64,000 nucleotides of DNA from an uncultured Planctomycetia bacterium (GCA_964634935.1 CAZWJT010000009.1:31852-95851), one strand, 5' to 3'; counted from the stretch's first letter, positions 7,990 to 17,784 are shown. Numbers and translations: made by a program. The notes: generated by a model from the letters alone, not told the origin.

Positions 7990-9899
7990 CTCTTTTTCTG
8001 AAAAACAGCCAGCGTTTCCATGTGCGCTGTTTGAGGAAAAAAATCAAACGCAACAACCCGAGAGAGCACATATTCTGCCTCTAAAATTCCTGCGATATCC
8101 CGGGCAAGCACTGCCGGGTGGCATGAAACATACAAAAGAACATCGGCTTGAGATGCCGCAATAAATTTCTGCACATTGCGAGTAAGGCCCTTCCGTGGAG
8201 GATCCAGAATAATGCAATCGAACTTCCTTGAGAACCGCGGAATACTCTTTTCAAGATCTCTTTGGATAAACTGGCAGTTCGCAATCCCATTGAGCCGACA
8301 ATTCTGCCGAGCAGCATGTATGTTAGCCTGCCCCCTATCGACGCCAACAACAAACTCAACAACCTTTGCTAGACAGAGCTCAATTGCTCCTGCTCCGCAA
8401 TATAAACTCAAAAGATGCCGCAAGTTTTTCGTGCGGGTCTCTTCCTGTATTTGCCGATAGAGCGCCTCTGCTCCCCAGATATTCGGTTGGATAAATGTAC
8501 CCGGGCTCACCCGCATTGCATTCCCCGCCACAGATTCATCGAGAAATTTCTCTCCATAGACAACCGGAAAACCCACTTTCTGAGATCCTTTTTTCTTATA
8601 GATTACCAGGCTTGTGACCTGTTCTGACTTTTCTAAAAGCTCCCGCCAAAGAACCCGGTGCGCTTCTTCGGGAAGCGATGGGAACTCAAGAACAACCATG
8701 AATTTCTCAGTCTTCTTTGAGTGACGCAGGATAACCCGGTGAATAATGTTGCCTTTCTCTCCAGGCCAAAGTATATCTCGATATCTTGCTGCCCATGCCT
8801 TTAGGACTGAAAGCACATCTGGAACATCCTTACTAAAAATACAACACTCCTGAATAGGAACAATTTTTTTCTGCGCCGGAAACACCTCTGGAAACTTGCC
8901 GTGGAAACCAAGAACCACTCTATTTTCTTCCAGCCCAAGCGAAAGTTCGATTTTTGTCCGGTAAAAATACGGCGCGGGCGATCCAAAAATCTGGACTCTG
9001 TCTTCTTGAAGATTGATTTTGGCAATTCTCTGGAAAACCTGAAGGAGGTGGTTCTTTTTTAAGAGAAGTTGCTGCTCATAGACTATGTTTTGGAAAACAC
9101 ACCCCCCACATTCGACAAAAGAGGGACACAGGGGAATCCCGCGAGAAGAAGACAAGCGTGAGAACCCCAAAATTTGTGCGTAAACAACCTTCCCTTGCTG
9201 GCGAATAGGACAAACCCACAAACAATCTCCCACGACTGCGCGGGCAACAAAAAGTGTCCGATTGCCATCTTTTGCCACGCCATATCCATCGGGCAACGCA
9301 TTATCTGAAATTTCACACGGAAGAGAGCCTTTTCGAAAACATTCCAAAAGCTCAGAAACCACGCGGGTTGGAAAACCAACAACATTTTCGTAGTCGCCAT
9401 CCACGCTCTGGACAAAAGAATCGTTCTGTTCTTGCACAGCGTAGGAACCCGCCTTATCGGAAAACGTACCCCGGAGCAGGTATGCTTCAATTTCCTCGTC
9501 GGAAAGAACCCGAAAGGTCACGTGCGAGATCTCGACTTGAGTTAGAATTTTTTTCTTGTTCTGCTGGACAAAAGCAATTCCTGTGAAAACTTGGTGCCGG
9601 TTCCCTGAAAGCGTACGCAGCATTTCCCGAGCTTCCACAATAGTCTTTGGTTTACCAAAAACATTGCCGCGAAAAACAACGATGGTGTCAGCGCCGATGA
9701 CTAAGGCTTCGGGAATCCTAGAAGCAACCTCCTGGGCTTTTGCCAGAGCTGCAGATATAACATACGCTTCCGCCCCCCGGAAGGGAAGCGTAGCTTCATC
9801 AACAGAGCTTGGGACGACGCGAAAATTGGGGATAATTTTGGCAAGCAGCTCTTTCCTGCGTGGCGATTGCGACGCGAGTATAATTTCCACCGAGAACAA
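7986..9899 (-). CDS. Maf (nucleoside triphosphate pyrophosphatase) fused to TRAM-[4Fe-4S]-RlmD/RumA-type 23S rRNA (uracil-5)-methyltransferase
   Basis: N-terminal roughly 195 aa is Maf (ILASQSPRRKELL ... GFPTRVVSELLE). A TRAM region with CPSFVECGGCVFQN follows. The C-terminus is a class I SAM MTase (LYCGAGAIELCLA ... ILDPPRKGL ... VSCHPAVLARDI). One continuous 637-codon frame. Confidence 0.7.
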   Translation of the reverse strand: MFSVEIILASQSPRRKELLAKIIPNFRVVPSSVDEATLPFRGAEAYVISAALAKAQEVASRIPEALVIGADTIVVFRGNVFGKPKTIVEAREMLRTLSGNRHQVFTGIAFVQQNKKKILTQVEISHVTFRVLSDEEIEAYLLRGTFSDKAGSYAVQEQNDSFVQSVDGDYENVVGFPTRVVSELLECFRKGSLPCEISDNALPDGYGVAKDGNRTLFVARAVVGDCLWVCPIRQQGKVVYAQILGFSRLSSSRGIPLCPSFVECGGCVFQNIVYEQQLLLKKNHLLQVFQRIAKINLQEDRVQIFGSPAPYFYRTKIELSLGLEENRVVLGFHGKFPEVFPAQKKIVPIQECCIFSKDVPDVLSVLKAWAARYRDILWPGEKGNIIHRVILRHSKKTEKFMVVLEFPSLPEEAHRVLWRELLEKSEQVTSLVIYKKKGSQKVGFPVVYGEKFLDESVAGNAMRVSPGTFIQPNIWGAEALYRQIQEETRTKNLRHLLSLYCGAGAIELCLAKVVEFVVGVDRGQANIHAARQNCRLNGIANCQFIQRDLEKSIPRFSRKFDCIILDPPRKGLTRNVQKFIAASQADVLLYVSCHPAVLARDIAGILEAEYVLSRVVAFDFFPQTAHMETLAVFQKKR

Positions 9900-9917
9900 A
9901 TCTTTTAAAGAAAAATA

Positions 9918-10217
9918 TTATGGCTGTGCTTTTACCCCAGGGGTAAGCGGCGGCTGCTGCATCTTCGCACATCCTGGTTTCGGCTGAGCCATACTCATTT
10001 TTTGCTGAGCCTCTTGATTCTTATACTGGAGCAGAGCATAGGTTCCTCTAAATAACAGCGAACCTGCGGAGAACCAAAGAAGAAAAAGAATGACATAACC
10101 GAAAACCCTCATTCCAGAAACAACGCCTTTCCCAATAAAAAAGAGGACAAAAAAACTGAGCGCTAAAAGCATTCCTACCGGCATACATACATCAGCCATG
10201 AAACTCAGTATCTCCAT
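9918..10217 (-). CDS. small membrane protein, hypothetical
   Basis: 99 aa, two to three predicted TM helices, P/Q-rich tail. Confidence 0.4.
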   Translation of the reverse strand: MEILSFMADVCMPVGMLLALSFFVLFFIGKGVVSGMRVFGYVILFLLWFSAGSLLFRGTYALLQYKNQEAQQKMSMAQPKPGCAKMQQPPLTPGVKAQP

Positions 10218-10231
10218 ACACCCTCCTTGTG

Positions 10232-10498
10232 TTATTTTTTCTTATGGAACACTACCGTACACACAAATACGACCGTAAAAAGCGAAAAATTGAGCAGGTT
10301 AAACGTGCGCCATACCCGGTCAGAAGAAATAAGTCCCGAGGGAAGCATGCCTAAGAGACAAACCCACACGCCAATCGCCCAAAGAATACTAATGTCGCCT
10401 GAAGAGCGGCGCTTCACAATCCTTAAGATCAACGGAACATTCCAAAACGGCAAAACAATCGCTGAAATAAATCCGATGGTTTGAACCGCTTCTTCCAT
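10232..10498 (-). CDS. small 3-TM membrane protein, PQ-loop/SemiSWEET-like
   Basis: 88 aa with three hydrophobic helices; VPLILRIVKRRSSGDISILW resembles the PQ-loop motif, with Q replaced by L. Confidence 0.3.
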   Translation of the reverse strand: MEEAVQTIGFISAIVLPFWNVPLILRIVKRRSSGDISILWAIGVWVCLLGMLPSGLISSDRVWRTFNLLNFSLFTVVFVCTVVFHKKK

Positions 10499-11349
10499 TA
10501 GTCAAAAACAACTGTCTTGCCCCGGTAAACGAGTATTTTCCGTTCAAGATAAAGCCTTACCGCCCTGCCTAAAACTATTTTCTCCAGGTCTTCGCCCTGA
10601 CGCTCAATATCGCTCACCGAATCCCGGTGACTGATCCGCACGATATCCTGTTCGATTATCGGGCCCTGATCAAGCTCGGCAGTGACGAAATGACTCGTTG
10701 CGCCGATAATCTTTACTCCTTTTAAAAAAGCCTGCCGATACGGATCCTTCCCGACAAAGGCAGGGAGAAAAGAATGATGGATATTGATAATTCTGTTCGG
10801 AAAATGGTCGACAAAAGAACCACTGAATACCTGTCCATATCGAGCAAGAATTAAAAGCTCAACCCCGTGTGCAACTAACAAGTCCCTCTCTTTTGCTTCC
10901 TGCTCTTGCTTGTTCTCTTTGGTTTTGGAAAACTCGAAAAAAGGTATTTTGAAATACTCGGCAATTGCTCGCGCCGCTGAGTGGTTGCTGATAATCGCGC
11001 TCACAACACAGGGAAGCTGCCCTGCGGCATTCTTGAGAAGAAGATCGTGGAGACAATGGAGCCTCTGCGAAACAAAAATAGCCGCACGGGGAACTTCCTG
11101 GTTAAAAAAAAGCTGCCAGTCCATGGAAAATTTCTGGGCGAGCGGAGTAAAATGGGGGGCAACCTGTTCTGGAGAAAGAGAGAAATCATCCAACGCCCAA
11201 GCAATCCGCATAAAAAATGTTCCTGTCTGCTGGTCAATATGTTGATCGGCATGCTCGATGTTCCCATTGTGCCGATAAACAAAATCCGTGACCGATGCGG
11301 TGATCCCTTTCTGGTCAGGACAAGAAATAAGTAAGATCGCTTGGGCCAT
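10498..11349 (-). CDS. purU: formyltetrahydrofolate deformylase
   Basis: N-terminal ACT domain ILLISCPDQKGITASVTDFV followed by a formyltransferase domain (HHSFLPAFVGKDPY). Confidence 0.8.
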   Translation of the reverse strand: MAQAILLISCPDQKGITASVTDFVYRHNGNIEHADQHIDQQTGTFFMRIAWALDDFSLSPEQVAPHFTPLAQKFSMDWQLFFNQEVPRAAIFVSQRLHCLHDLLLKNAAGQLPCVVSAIISNHSAARAIAEYFKIPFFEFSKTKENKQEQEAKERDLLVAHGVELLILARYGQVFSGSFVDHFPNRIINIHHSFLPAFVGKDPYRQAFLKGVKIIGATSHFVTAELDQGPIIEQDIVRISHRDSVSDIERQGEDLEKIVLGRAVRLYLERKILVYRGKTVVFD

Positions 11350-11357
11350 GTTTCTGA

Positions 11358-13469
11358 TTACCCTTCGGTTGTATTTTTTTTCGCATGAAAAATCGGCAAA
11401 TGAATCAGCACGAGGATGCCTGCAACAAACGCAAGAATGACAAGAGTGCTTTTTAAAACTTGCGTAACATAGCGTACGGACAGATGCGGGCTCTCATCGG
11501 TAATCAGCAATTTCCTGAACTGAAAGACACGTCCTTTCTGGGGTATTTCGATTTTGAGCGGCAAAACCCCGGCAACGCGCTGGAATGATTGGTCGACAGC
11601 AACGACCGTATTCTGTGGCTGCACGTATTCATCTTTCTGGGCATATTCGCTAACCTGGAGTTTTTTTTCGTAGGATTTTGAAATTGCGGGGTAAGCCCTC
11701 GAAGGCACGCTTCTCCTGCTCACCTGTTCAACATCGCCGCGAAACCAAAAGTACGATTTATTGTCTGGCAAATACAGAGTCCAGAAAAGCTCGCTTTGGG
11801 GAAGGTCCAGGGTTGGCAAGTTCAATACGACCCCTCCGAAAAGCGCCAATCTGGGGCTTACATTCAAATACACGGCTTCTACCGTAAATTGCGAAAGGTC
11901 CGCGCTATCTTTTTGGGATTTTTTGAGCGGGATCAAAATATGCCCGCTTTTGTCGCGTCCCGGCTTCACCGGTGCTCCATCAATAAAACAACTCCAGAAG
12001 TTTGCGCCCTTAGGAAGCACCAGCTTCAGGAATTGTTTGACGTTGTTCCGTACGACATAAACAACCTTTGTAAGCACTTTCCCTTCCTTGGTAACCAGGG
12101 TTGTATAATCCGCCTGGTCAATCACTCCGACTAAAACAGGTTCTTCGGAATGCTTAATAATATCCACGGTTATGCCATACGGGTACTCAAGATATTTAAA
12201 TCCGAGCAGTATCGGATTATCCGCGGCAGACCAAATCATCCTAGGCAATTCTTTCACATCCACGCTTGAGGCTCCTTCAAGTTTATTCAGATTAATCTCT
12301 ATATTCGCCTGGGCCTGCAAGCCGATAAAGCCTTTCTCCCGCTCAGCACCCAGCACTTTCATCGCCGGAATTTGCGTTGTTACAGAACCGGAACCAGTGG
12401 TGCGTTCATATTCGACCTGAAGAGTATGGGAGCCCTTTGCTCCATAGTTTAAATAGACATCCAGCACCTGCCCGTTGTCCACTTTGGTTATTTTCCAGTT
12501 GCGCAGATTATCGCTTACGACATCCAGAATGCCGACATCTTCAGGAAAAAAGAGTTTCAAGTTCGCCACCTCGGATTGCAGAATGGAGAAATTTACCGTG
12601 CTCTTACATCGAGCGACTCCTTCTCCCAGTGAAACCAGCGTTGAGGTTTCAGCGTAGATTTTTGGATCAAGCTTAACGTCAGGTAATTTTTCTTGAACCA
12701 CGGTCTTACTCCACCGCAGATTAACGCGCTCAGTATAAGGAAGGATGGCAACCGCGAGCGTTCTGTCTTTCTCACGCTTTGATTCAACCTTGATTGAGGG
12801 TTCGGCAAAAATTTCTACATCGGACTGTTTAATTTCAATGTTCAGGATCGAGATCGGGGAAGAAACAACATCACAGGAAAAAGACCCTGGTCCACGTTCA
12901 CGTTCTCGAGCGACTTTCATAAAAAACTCAAACTCAAGAACATACTGTCCTTCTTTGTTGATGCGGATATAGTATTTCTCGTTCTTGCGGGTCACAAAAC
13001 AGGGGCGTTGATTCAATGCAACATCGCGCAATCCAACCTGACTGCTCACCAGGGGAATCTCGATCACTCCTCCTTTGCCAAAAACCTCGAGAGTTACTTC
13101 GCCTTTCACAAACGCGAGCTCTTCATCAACGCTAATCTTGTATTCGCTCTGGTATACCGCATAGGAGCTGGCGGCAACAACCGGATTGATATTCGAGCGA
13201 TCGGCTTGAAGGTGTTCCGCCGACGCCGGATTATTGGGGGCGCGCCTTGACCGGCCATCCTGCAATTCCATATGCACCGTCTGATCCGAAACAGGAAAAC
13301 CTCGCTCGTTCTCTTCTTGGGGCGAGAACTGCATGTTCGATTTTCCTTGCTTATATTTTCCAGAGATTGTGCGGTTCCACTCCCAGTCGTTGGGACTGCC
13401 AGCCCATACTGAATAGGTAAGAAGCAAAACGCAGAAAAGAAACATAAACCGCCCCAGTGCTTTTGTCAT
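11358..13469 (-). CDS. large exported protein with C-terminal membrane anchor, hypothetical (703 aa)
   Basis: Cleavable signal peptide (LLLTYSVWAGSP), beta-rich body, single C-terminal TM (LVILAFVAGILVLIHLPIF). Confidence 0.45.
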   Translation of the reverse strand: MTKALGRFMFLFCVLLLTYSVWAGSPNDWEWNRTISGKYKQGKSNMQFSPQEENERGFPVSDQTVHMELQDGRSRRAPNNPASAEHLQADRSNINPVVAASSYAVYQSEYKISVDEELAFVKGEVTLEVFGKGGVIEIPLVSSQVGLRDVALNQRPCFVTRKNEKYYIRINKEGQYVLEFEFFMKVARERERGPGSFSCDVVSSPISILNIEIKQSDVEIFAEPSIKVESKREKDRTLAVAILPYTERVNLRWSKTVVQEKLPDVKLDPKIYAETSTLVSLGEGVARCKSTVNFSILQSEVANLKLFFPEDVGILDVVSDNLRNWKITKVDNGQVLDVYLNYGAKGSHTLQVEYERTTGSGSVTTQIPAMKVLGAEREKGFIGLQAQANIEINLNKLEGASSVDVKELPRMIWSAADNPILLGFKYLEYPYGITVDIIKHSEEPVLVGVIDQADYTTLVTKEGKVLTKVVYVVRNNVKQFLKLVLPKGANFWSCFIDGAPVKPGRDKSGHILIPLKKSQKDSADLSQFTVEAVYLNVSPRLALFGGVVLNLPTLDLPQSELFWTLYLPDNKSYFWFRGDVEQVSRRSVPSRAYPAISKSYEKKLQVSEYAQKDEYVQPQNTVVAVDQSFQRVAGVLPLKIEIPQKGRVFQFRKLLITDESPHLSVRYVTQVLKSTLVILAFVAGILVLIHLPIFHAKKNTTEG

Positions 13470-13516
13470 AGAAACTCCTTTCGTTTCTTTAGCTTCTGAG
13501 AATCTTTGCTTCTTTG

Positions 13517-13879
13517 CTAAATTTCCGTCTCCCGGATGAGCCTCCGGTAATACTCAATGCACTCAGTGCAGGTAAAATCCTGCGCACGCCACTGCGGATG
13601 TTCCTTGCGAATTAACTCCAGGATGAATTCTTCGGCTTTCACGTGAGCAAGCGCCTTACTCTCATGAATCATTCTCTGGCAAATTTGACACTTATACTTC
13701 CCGTCTTTTTCTGATCCAGATTCCCCGTATGTTTTCCGGATTTTCTTTTCTGATGGACCACACTTATTGCAAAGCTCTGGATCGTGCGCTGAAGGCGCGA
13801 CTCGAAAAAGAACACGGGCAATTTTCCCCAAAACCCCGGTAAGCGGGACCTTGCACATCTTGCATTTTACTTCACTCAT
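13517..13879 (-). CDS. double zinc-ribbon protein, hypothetical
   Basis: Four CxxC pairs (CKMC, CNKC, CQIC, CTEC) in 120 aa. Confidence 0.45.
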   Translation of the reverse strand: MSEVKCKMCKVPLTGVLGKIARVLFRVAPSAHDPELCNKCGPSEKKIRKTYGESGSEKDGKYKCQICQRMIHESKALAHVKAEEFILELIRKEHPQWRAQDFTCTECIEYYRRLIRETEI

Positions 13880-13894
13880 CTTGCCACCTTCGGA

Positions 13895-14812
13895 TCAGTG
13901 TTCCTCCCTCAGGATAAATTTTTCGCACAACCGCGCTGGATGATAGGAAAGTTTGGCTTTGCGCAGACCTTCAAACCCCAGGTCTTGCTCTAGGTTCACA
14001 TAGGAAAAACTGCGCGCCTCTTGAACAATAAATTCTTGGAGCATGGTTTGATAGAGCCCGCTCAGAGAAGAATCTGCCTTCAGAATGTGCACGACAAGCG
14101 TGTCCCGGTTCAACGGTTCACCAATAGCAAAGGCGCGGATTTCCCCTTGGATACGGATAATCCCTGCACGCAGATTCAAGAAATAAAATTTATCCAATAC
14201 CTCCTGTACCGCTTCTCCCTCCTGACGGAGGCTTTCGGTCGCATCACACTTTTTCACCTCACACCATGCTTTTTGAAACTGAACGCACTCTTCTGCTAAT
14301 GGATGTGCGCATGGTTCATAGGTATACGCGTACTGGGATTTAAACTTTTTTATAAGATTTCTCTTTGCGTCATATTTACGCCCCTTTAAAAACACGAGGT
14401 CTTCTGTATTATAGAGATAATCTGCATTATCCCTGTCAGGAACGGCCTTGACAAACTTCAACCCACTGATTAACTCTTTCACCTCGCGGGGAACTCTGAT
14501 TATGCCTGCGTGTTCTTCGCTCAATATCTTCTCACAAATCACCCTCTTGTCTTCTTTCCCAACTGGGCACAGATAAGATATTTCCGGGCCGCGCTGAGAA
14601 CGAAGCAATAAGAACCTGTCGCGCAGAGAAACGGTAAATCGGTATATATTTCTCCACGCATAGAGATTGGTAAAAGTATATTCTGACAATTCGGGAGCGT
14701 CCGCCTGAAATGCCGCATCAAAGAATTCTTTATCGCAAAGTTCGATCGGCCGGAATATCGGGTATTCCGGAATCGGCAAAGCTGTGGGAGGGAGCGTTTG
14801 GGAAAAATTCAT
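13895..14812 (-). CDS. DUF2156 protein (standalone homolog of the MprF C-terminal aminoacyl-tRNA-dependent transferase domain)
   Basis: TFTNLYAWRNIYRF motif and a roughly 300-aa length are typical of DUF2156/LPG_synthase_C. Confidence 0.5.
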   Translation of the reverse strand: MNFSQTLPPTALPIPEYPIFRPIELCDKEFFDAAFQADAPELSEYTFTNLYAWRNIYRFTVSLRDRFLLLRSQRGPEISYLCPVGKEDKRVICEKILSEEHAGIIRVPREVKELISGLKFVKAVPDRDNADYLYNTEDLVFLKGRKYDAKRNLIKKFKSQYAYTYEPCAHPLAEECVQFQKAWCEVKKCDATESLRQEGEAVQEVLDKFYFLNLRAGIIRIQGEIRAFAIGEPLNRDTLVVHILKADSSLSGLYQTMLQEFIVQEARSFSYVNLEQDLGFEGLRKAKLSYHPARLCEKFILREEH

Positions 14813-15271
14813 TTACCGAGCGTGTTTTGCCTTCTCTTCACCCAGATACCACTTGGCTTCATGCAACTCTTTTTCCAATTGCCCACAATGCTTGCGTAGA
14901 GCATCCAATTCCGCTTCTTGCCCCGAAAGGCGTTCCCGCAGCGACTGGAGGGCATGCTCGGCTTGCTCTCTGCGAACTCGCTCTTCTCCTAAATACCACT
15001 CAGACTCTTCGTGGTTACGCTTCAGGGTTTTTGTTTCTTGTTCGATCTTCTGAATATACGAATTCTTGCCGTCGATGCTCCTGACAAGTTCTTGCACCCG
15101 TGAACGCTCTTCTCCTAAATACCATTGAGTATCCGCAAGTTCTTTCTGGAGAGCTTTAATGTATTCTTCTTTTTTTGCAATCGCTTCGATAATCTTCTCA
15201 ACATCAGAAACAAGCTGCTGTTTTCCTAATTCAAGCTCTTTCTGCGGAGAATCATTCTTTTCGTCTCCCAT
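14813..15271 (-). CDS. coiled-coil protein with three about 43-aa repeats each containing W-Y-L-G-E-E-[RK]
   Basis: QWYLGEERSRV / EWYLGEERVRR / KWYLGEEKAKH repeats. Start chosen at the internal Met to avoid overlap with glgP. Confidence 0.4.
   Translation of the reverse strand: MGDEKNDSPQKELELGKQQLVSDVEKIIEAIAKKEEYIKALQKELADTQWYLGEERSRVQELVRSIDGKNSYIQKIEQETKTLKRNHEESEWYLGEERVRREQAEHALQSLRERLSGQEAELDALRKHCGQLEKELHEAKWYLGEEKAKHAR
14840..15140. repeat. about 130-nt-period intragenic tandem repeat (three units) underlying the WYLGEE repeats
   Basis: CGCTCTTCTCCTAAATACCA recurs at about 14979 and 15105, with a degenerate copy near 14850. Confidence 0.5.
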
Positions 15272-17771
15272 AATTACCTCCCTTGACTCTCTGATATGAC
15301 TTCCGATCGTACGGAACCCGCCAAATTTCCTTTGCGTACTCCTGAATCGTCCGGTCACTCGAAAAATAACCAGACCGCGCAACGTTCTCTATTGACTTTT
15401 TCGTCCATGCGCCTTTGTTCTGATATTCCCGAGAAATCAGTTCCTGGGTCTGGCAATATTCAGCAAAATCCGCACAAACTAAGAATTCGTCATAGTTCGA
15501 AATATTTTCGACAAGGGGATCAAAGAGGCGCAGCTCTTGCGGAGAAAAAAAGTTGTTCCGGATCAGGGCCAAAATTTCTTTCAGGCGCGGGATCTGTTGA
15601 ATATACTCCTGGGGACGGTATCCTTTGGCTTTGAGTTTGCGGACTTGGTCAAAGGAGAGCCCAAAAAGAAATATATTTTCTTTACCCACGGCTTCCGCCA
15701 TTTCAATATTCGCGCCGTCATACGTTCCGATGGTAAGCGCCCCGTTCACCATGAATTTCATGCACCCTGTTCCTGACGCTTCCGAGCCGGCAGTGGAAAT
15801 TTGCTCAGAAAGATCGCTTGCTGGAAATATCTTTTCCGCAAGCGAAACTCCGTAGTTCTCCAAAAATACCAGCTTTAACTTTCCGGAAATCGACAGGTCT
15901 TTATTGATCACATCCGCCACATTATTTATAAACTTGATGATATGCTTTGCCATAAAATAACCTGGGGCTGATTTGCCGCTCACCAGAAAAACCCGGGGAC
16001 AATATGGCGCCTTGGGGTTTTCTTTGATTTTCAAATACTCATGGATGATATAGAAAACAAAAAGAAGCTGGCGCTTGTACTCGTGAATGCGCTTTACTTG
16101 AACATCAAAAATCGCCTCGGGGTCAACCCGGATGCCGGTTGTACGGCCAATATAGTTCGCTAAGGATTGTTTATTCGCGTGCTTAATCGCTCTCCAGCGT
16201 CTCCGGAAATTCTCGTCATCTTGAAATTTCAGAAGCCGCTCCAGCTCATACAGGTTGGTCGCCCATCGGTCGCCGATACACTCGGTAATCAAACCGGAAA
16301 GTTTTGTGTTCGCCTTAAGCAACCAGCGGCGCTGAGTAATACCGTTTGTTTTGTTGTTGAATTTTTCCGGAAATAATTCAAAGAAATCTCGAAATAATCT
16401 AGTTTTTAGAATATGGGTGTGCAGGCGCGAAACGCCGTTTACCGAATGACTGGCGACAATTGCGAGATATGCCATTCTGATTTTCTGCACGCTCCCTTCT
16501 TCAATCAACGAGAGTGTTCCCAGTTTCGCGTTATCTCCGGGGTATCGGTTCGCTACAACCCGGAGAAACCGTAAGTTGATTTCATAAATAAGCTCCAAGT
16601 GTCGCGGTAAAAGACTGGCAAATAATGAAACCGGCCATACCTCGAGCGCCTCAGGCATCACTGTATGATTCGTATAGGCAAAAGTCTCAACAACAATCGC
16701 CCAAGCCGCTTCCCAGCTGAAATTTTCTTCATCGAGCAAAATACGCAAAAACTCTACGACCGCAAGCGCGGGATGCGTGTCATTCAATTGAATGACAACC
16801 TTCTTGGCAATATTGGTCAAATCTTCATTCCCAGATTTAAATCTCCGGATGATGTCTGCGACGGAAGCTGCAACAAAAAAATATTCCTGTTTCAACCGTA
16901 ACTCTTTCCCTTGGTTAGAAACATCGTTTGGATAGAGTACCTTGGAAATATTTTCTGAAGAGACTTTATTGTACACGGCTTTTTCATAATCGCCGTAATT
17001 GAAATACCCGAAATCAAACTCTTCTGTGCTCCGTGCTGCCCAAAGCCTTAGCGTATTCACCGTATCGTTATTATACCCTGGCACGGGAATATCATACGGC
17101 ATCGCAAGCACGTCTTGCGTGTTATGCCATTTCACATGAAGCCGCCCGTGTTTATCATGAAACATATAGGTAGAACCGTAAAATCTTACCGTGACCGTGT
17201 ATTCGGGGCGGGCGATCTCCCACGGATTGCCAAGCTTCAGCCATTCATCAGGTGATTCAAATTGGTACCCGTTAATCAATCGTTGATGAAAAATCCCATA
17301 CTCGTAGCGAATGCCATACCCATGAGCCGGAATCTTTAAGGTGGCCATAGAATCAAGAAAACAGGCGGCAAGTCTTCCTAAACCGCCGTTCCCCAAGCCA
17401 GCATCTCGTTCTTCCTCTTCCAGTTCTTCAATATTAAAACCAAAACCCTTTGTCGCTCCTTTTGCTTGTTCCCACAAAGAAAGATTGAGAATGTTGGTAT
17501 TTAAGAGCCTGCCAATCAAAAATTCCATTGAAAGATAATAGACGCGCTTTACATTCTTCTTATGATACCGTTGCTGGGTAATCATCCAGCGTTCGACGAG
17601 CCGGTCTCTGACAGAAATAGCCAAAGCCATGAAATTGTCGTATGCGGTTGCCGTGTATTCATCCTTCGCAAGCGTGTACTCTCGGTTCTCAAGGAATGAA
17701 GACTTAAGGCCTTCCTGAGTCATCGCCTTGAAGATTTTGATCCACCGCCATCTTTTTTTTCCTGAAGCCAT
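15252..17771 (-). CDS. glgP: glycogen/alpha-glucan phosphorylase
   Basis: YYLSMEFLIGR N-terminal motif and pyridoxal-phosphate site EASGTGCMKFMVNGALTIGTYDGANIEM. Confidence 0.9.
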   Translation of the reverse strand: MASGKKRWRWIKIFKAMTQEGLKSSFLENREYTLAKDEYTATAYDNFMALAISVRDRLVERWMITQQRYHKKNVKRVYYLSMEFLIGRLLNTNILNLSLWEQAKGATKGFGFNIEELEEEERDAGLGNGGLGRLAACFLDSMATLKIPAHGYGIRYEYGIFHQRLINGYQFESPDEWLKLGNPWEIARPEYTVTVRFYGSTYMFHDKHGRLHVKWHNTQDVLAMPYDIPVPGYNNDTVNTLRLWAARSTEEFDFGYFNYGDYEKAVYNKVSSENISKVLYPNDVSNQGKELRLKQEYFFVAASVADIIRRFKSGNEDLTNIAKKVVIQLNDTHPALAVVEFLRILLDEENFSWEAAWAIVVETFAYTNHTVMPEALEVWPVSLFASLLPRHLELIYEINLRFLRVVANRYPGDNAKLGTLSLIEEGSVQKIRMAYLAIVASHSVNGVSRLHTHILKTRLFRDFFELFPEKFNNKTNGITQRRWLLKANTKLSGLITECIGDRWATNLYELERLLKFQDDENFRRRWRAIKHANKQSLANYIGRTTGIRVDPEAIFDVQVKRIHEYKRQLLFVFYIIHEYLKIKENPKAPYCPRVFLVSGKSAPGYFMAKHIIKFINNVADVINKDLSISGKLKLVFLENYGVSLAEKIFPASDLSEQISTAGSEASGTGCMKFMVNGALTIGTYDGANIEMAEAVGKENIFLFGLSFDQVRKLKAKGYRPQEYIQQIPRLKEILALIRNNFFSPQELRLFDPLVENISNYDEFLVCADFAEYCQTQELISREYQNKGAWTKKSIENVARSGYFSSDRTIQEYAKEIWRVPYDRKSYQRVKGGNYGRRKE

Positions 17772-17784
17772 ACCTTCTCCTATC

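Noticed and set aside
9083-9490. 135-aa minus-strand ORF overlapping the Maf-RlmD gene in another frame
   Set aside because: Nested alternative-frame ORF with W/C/F-rich composition; no independent support.
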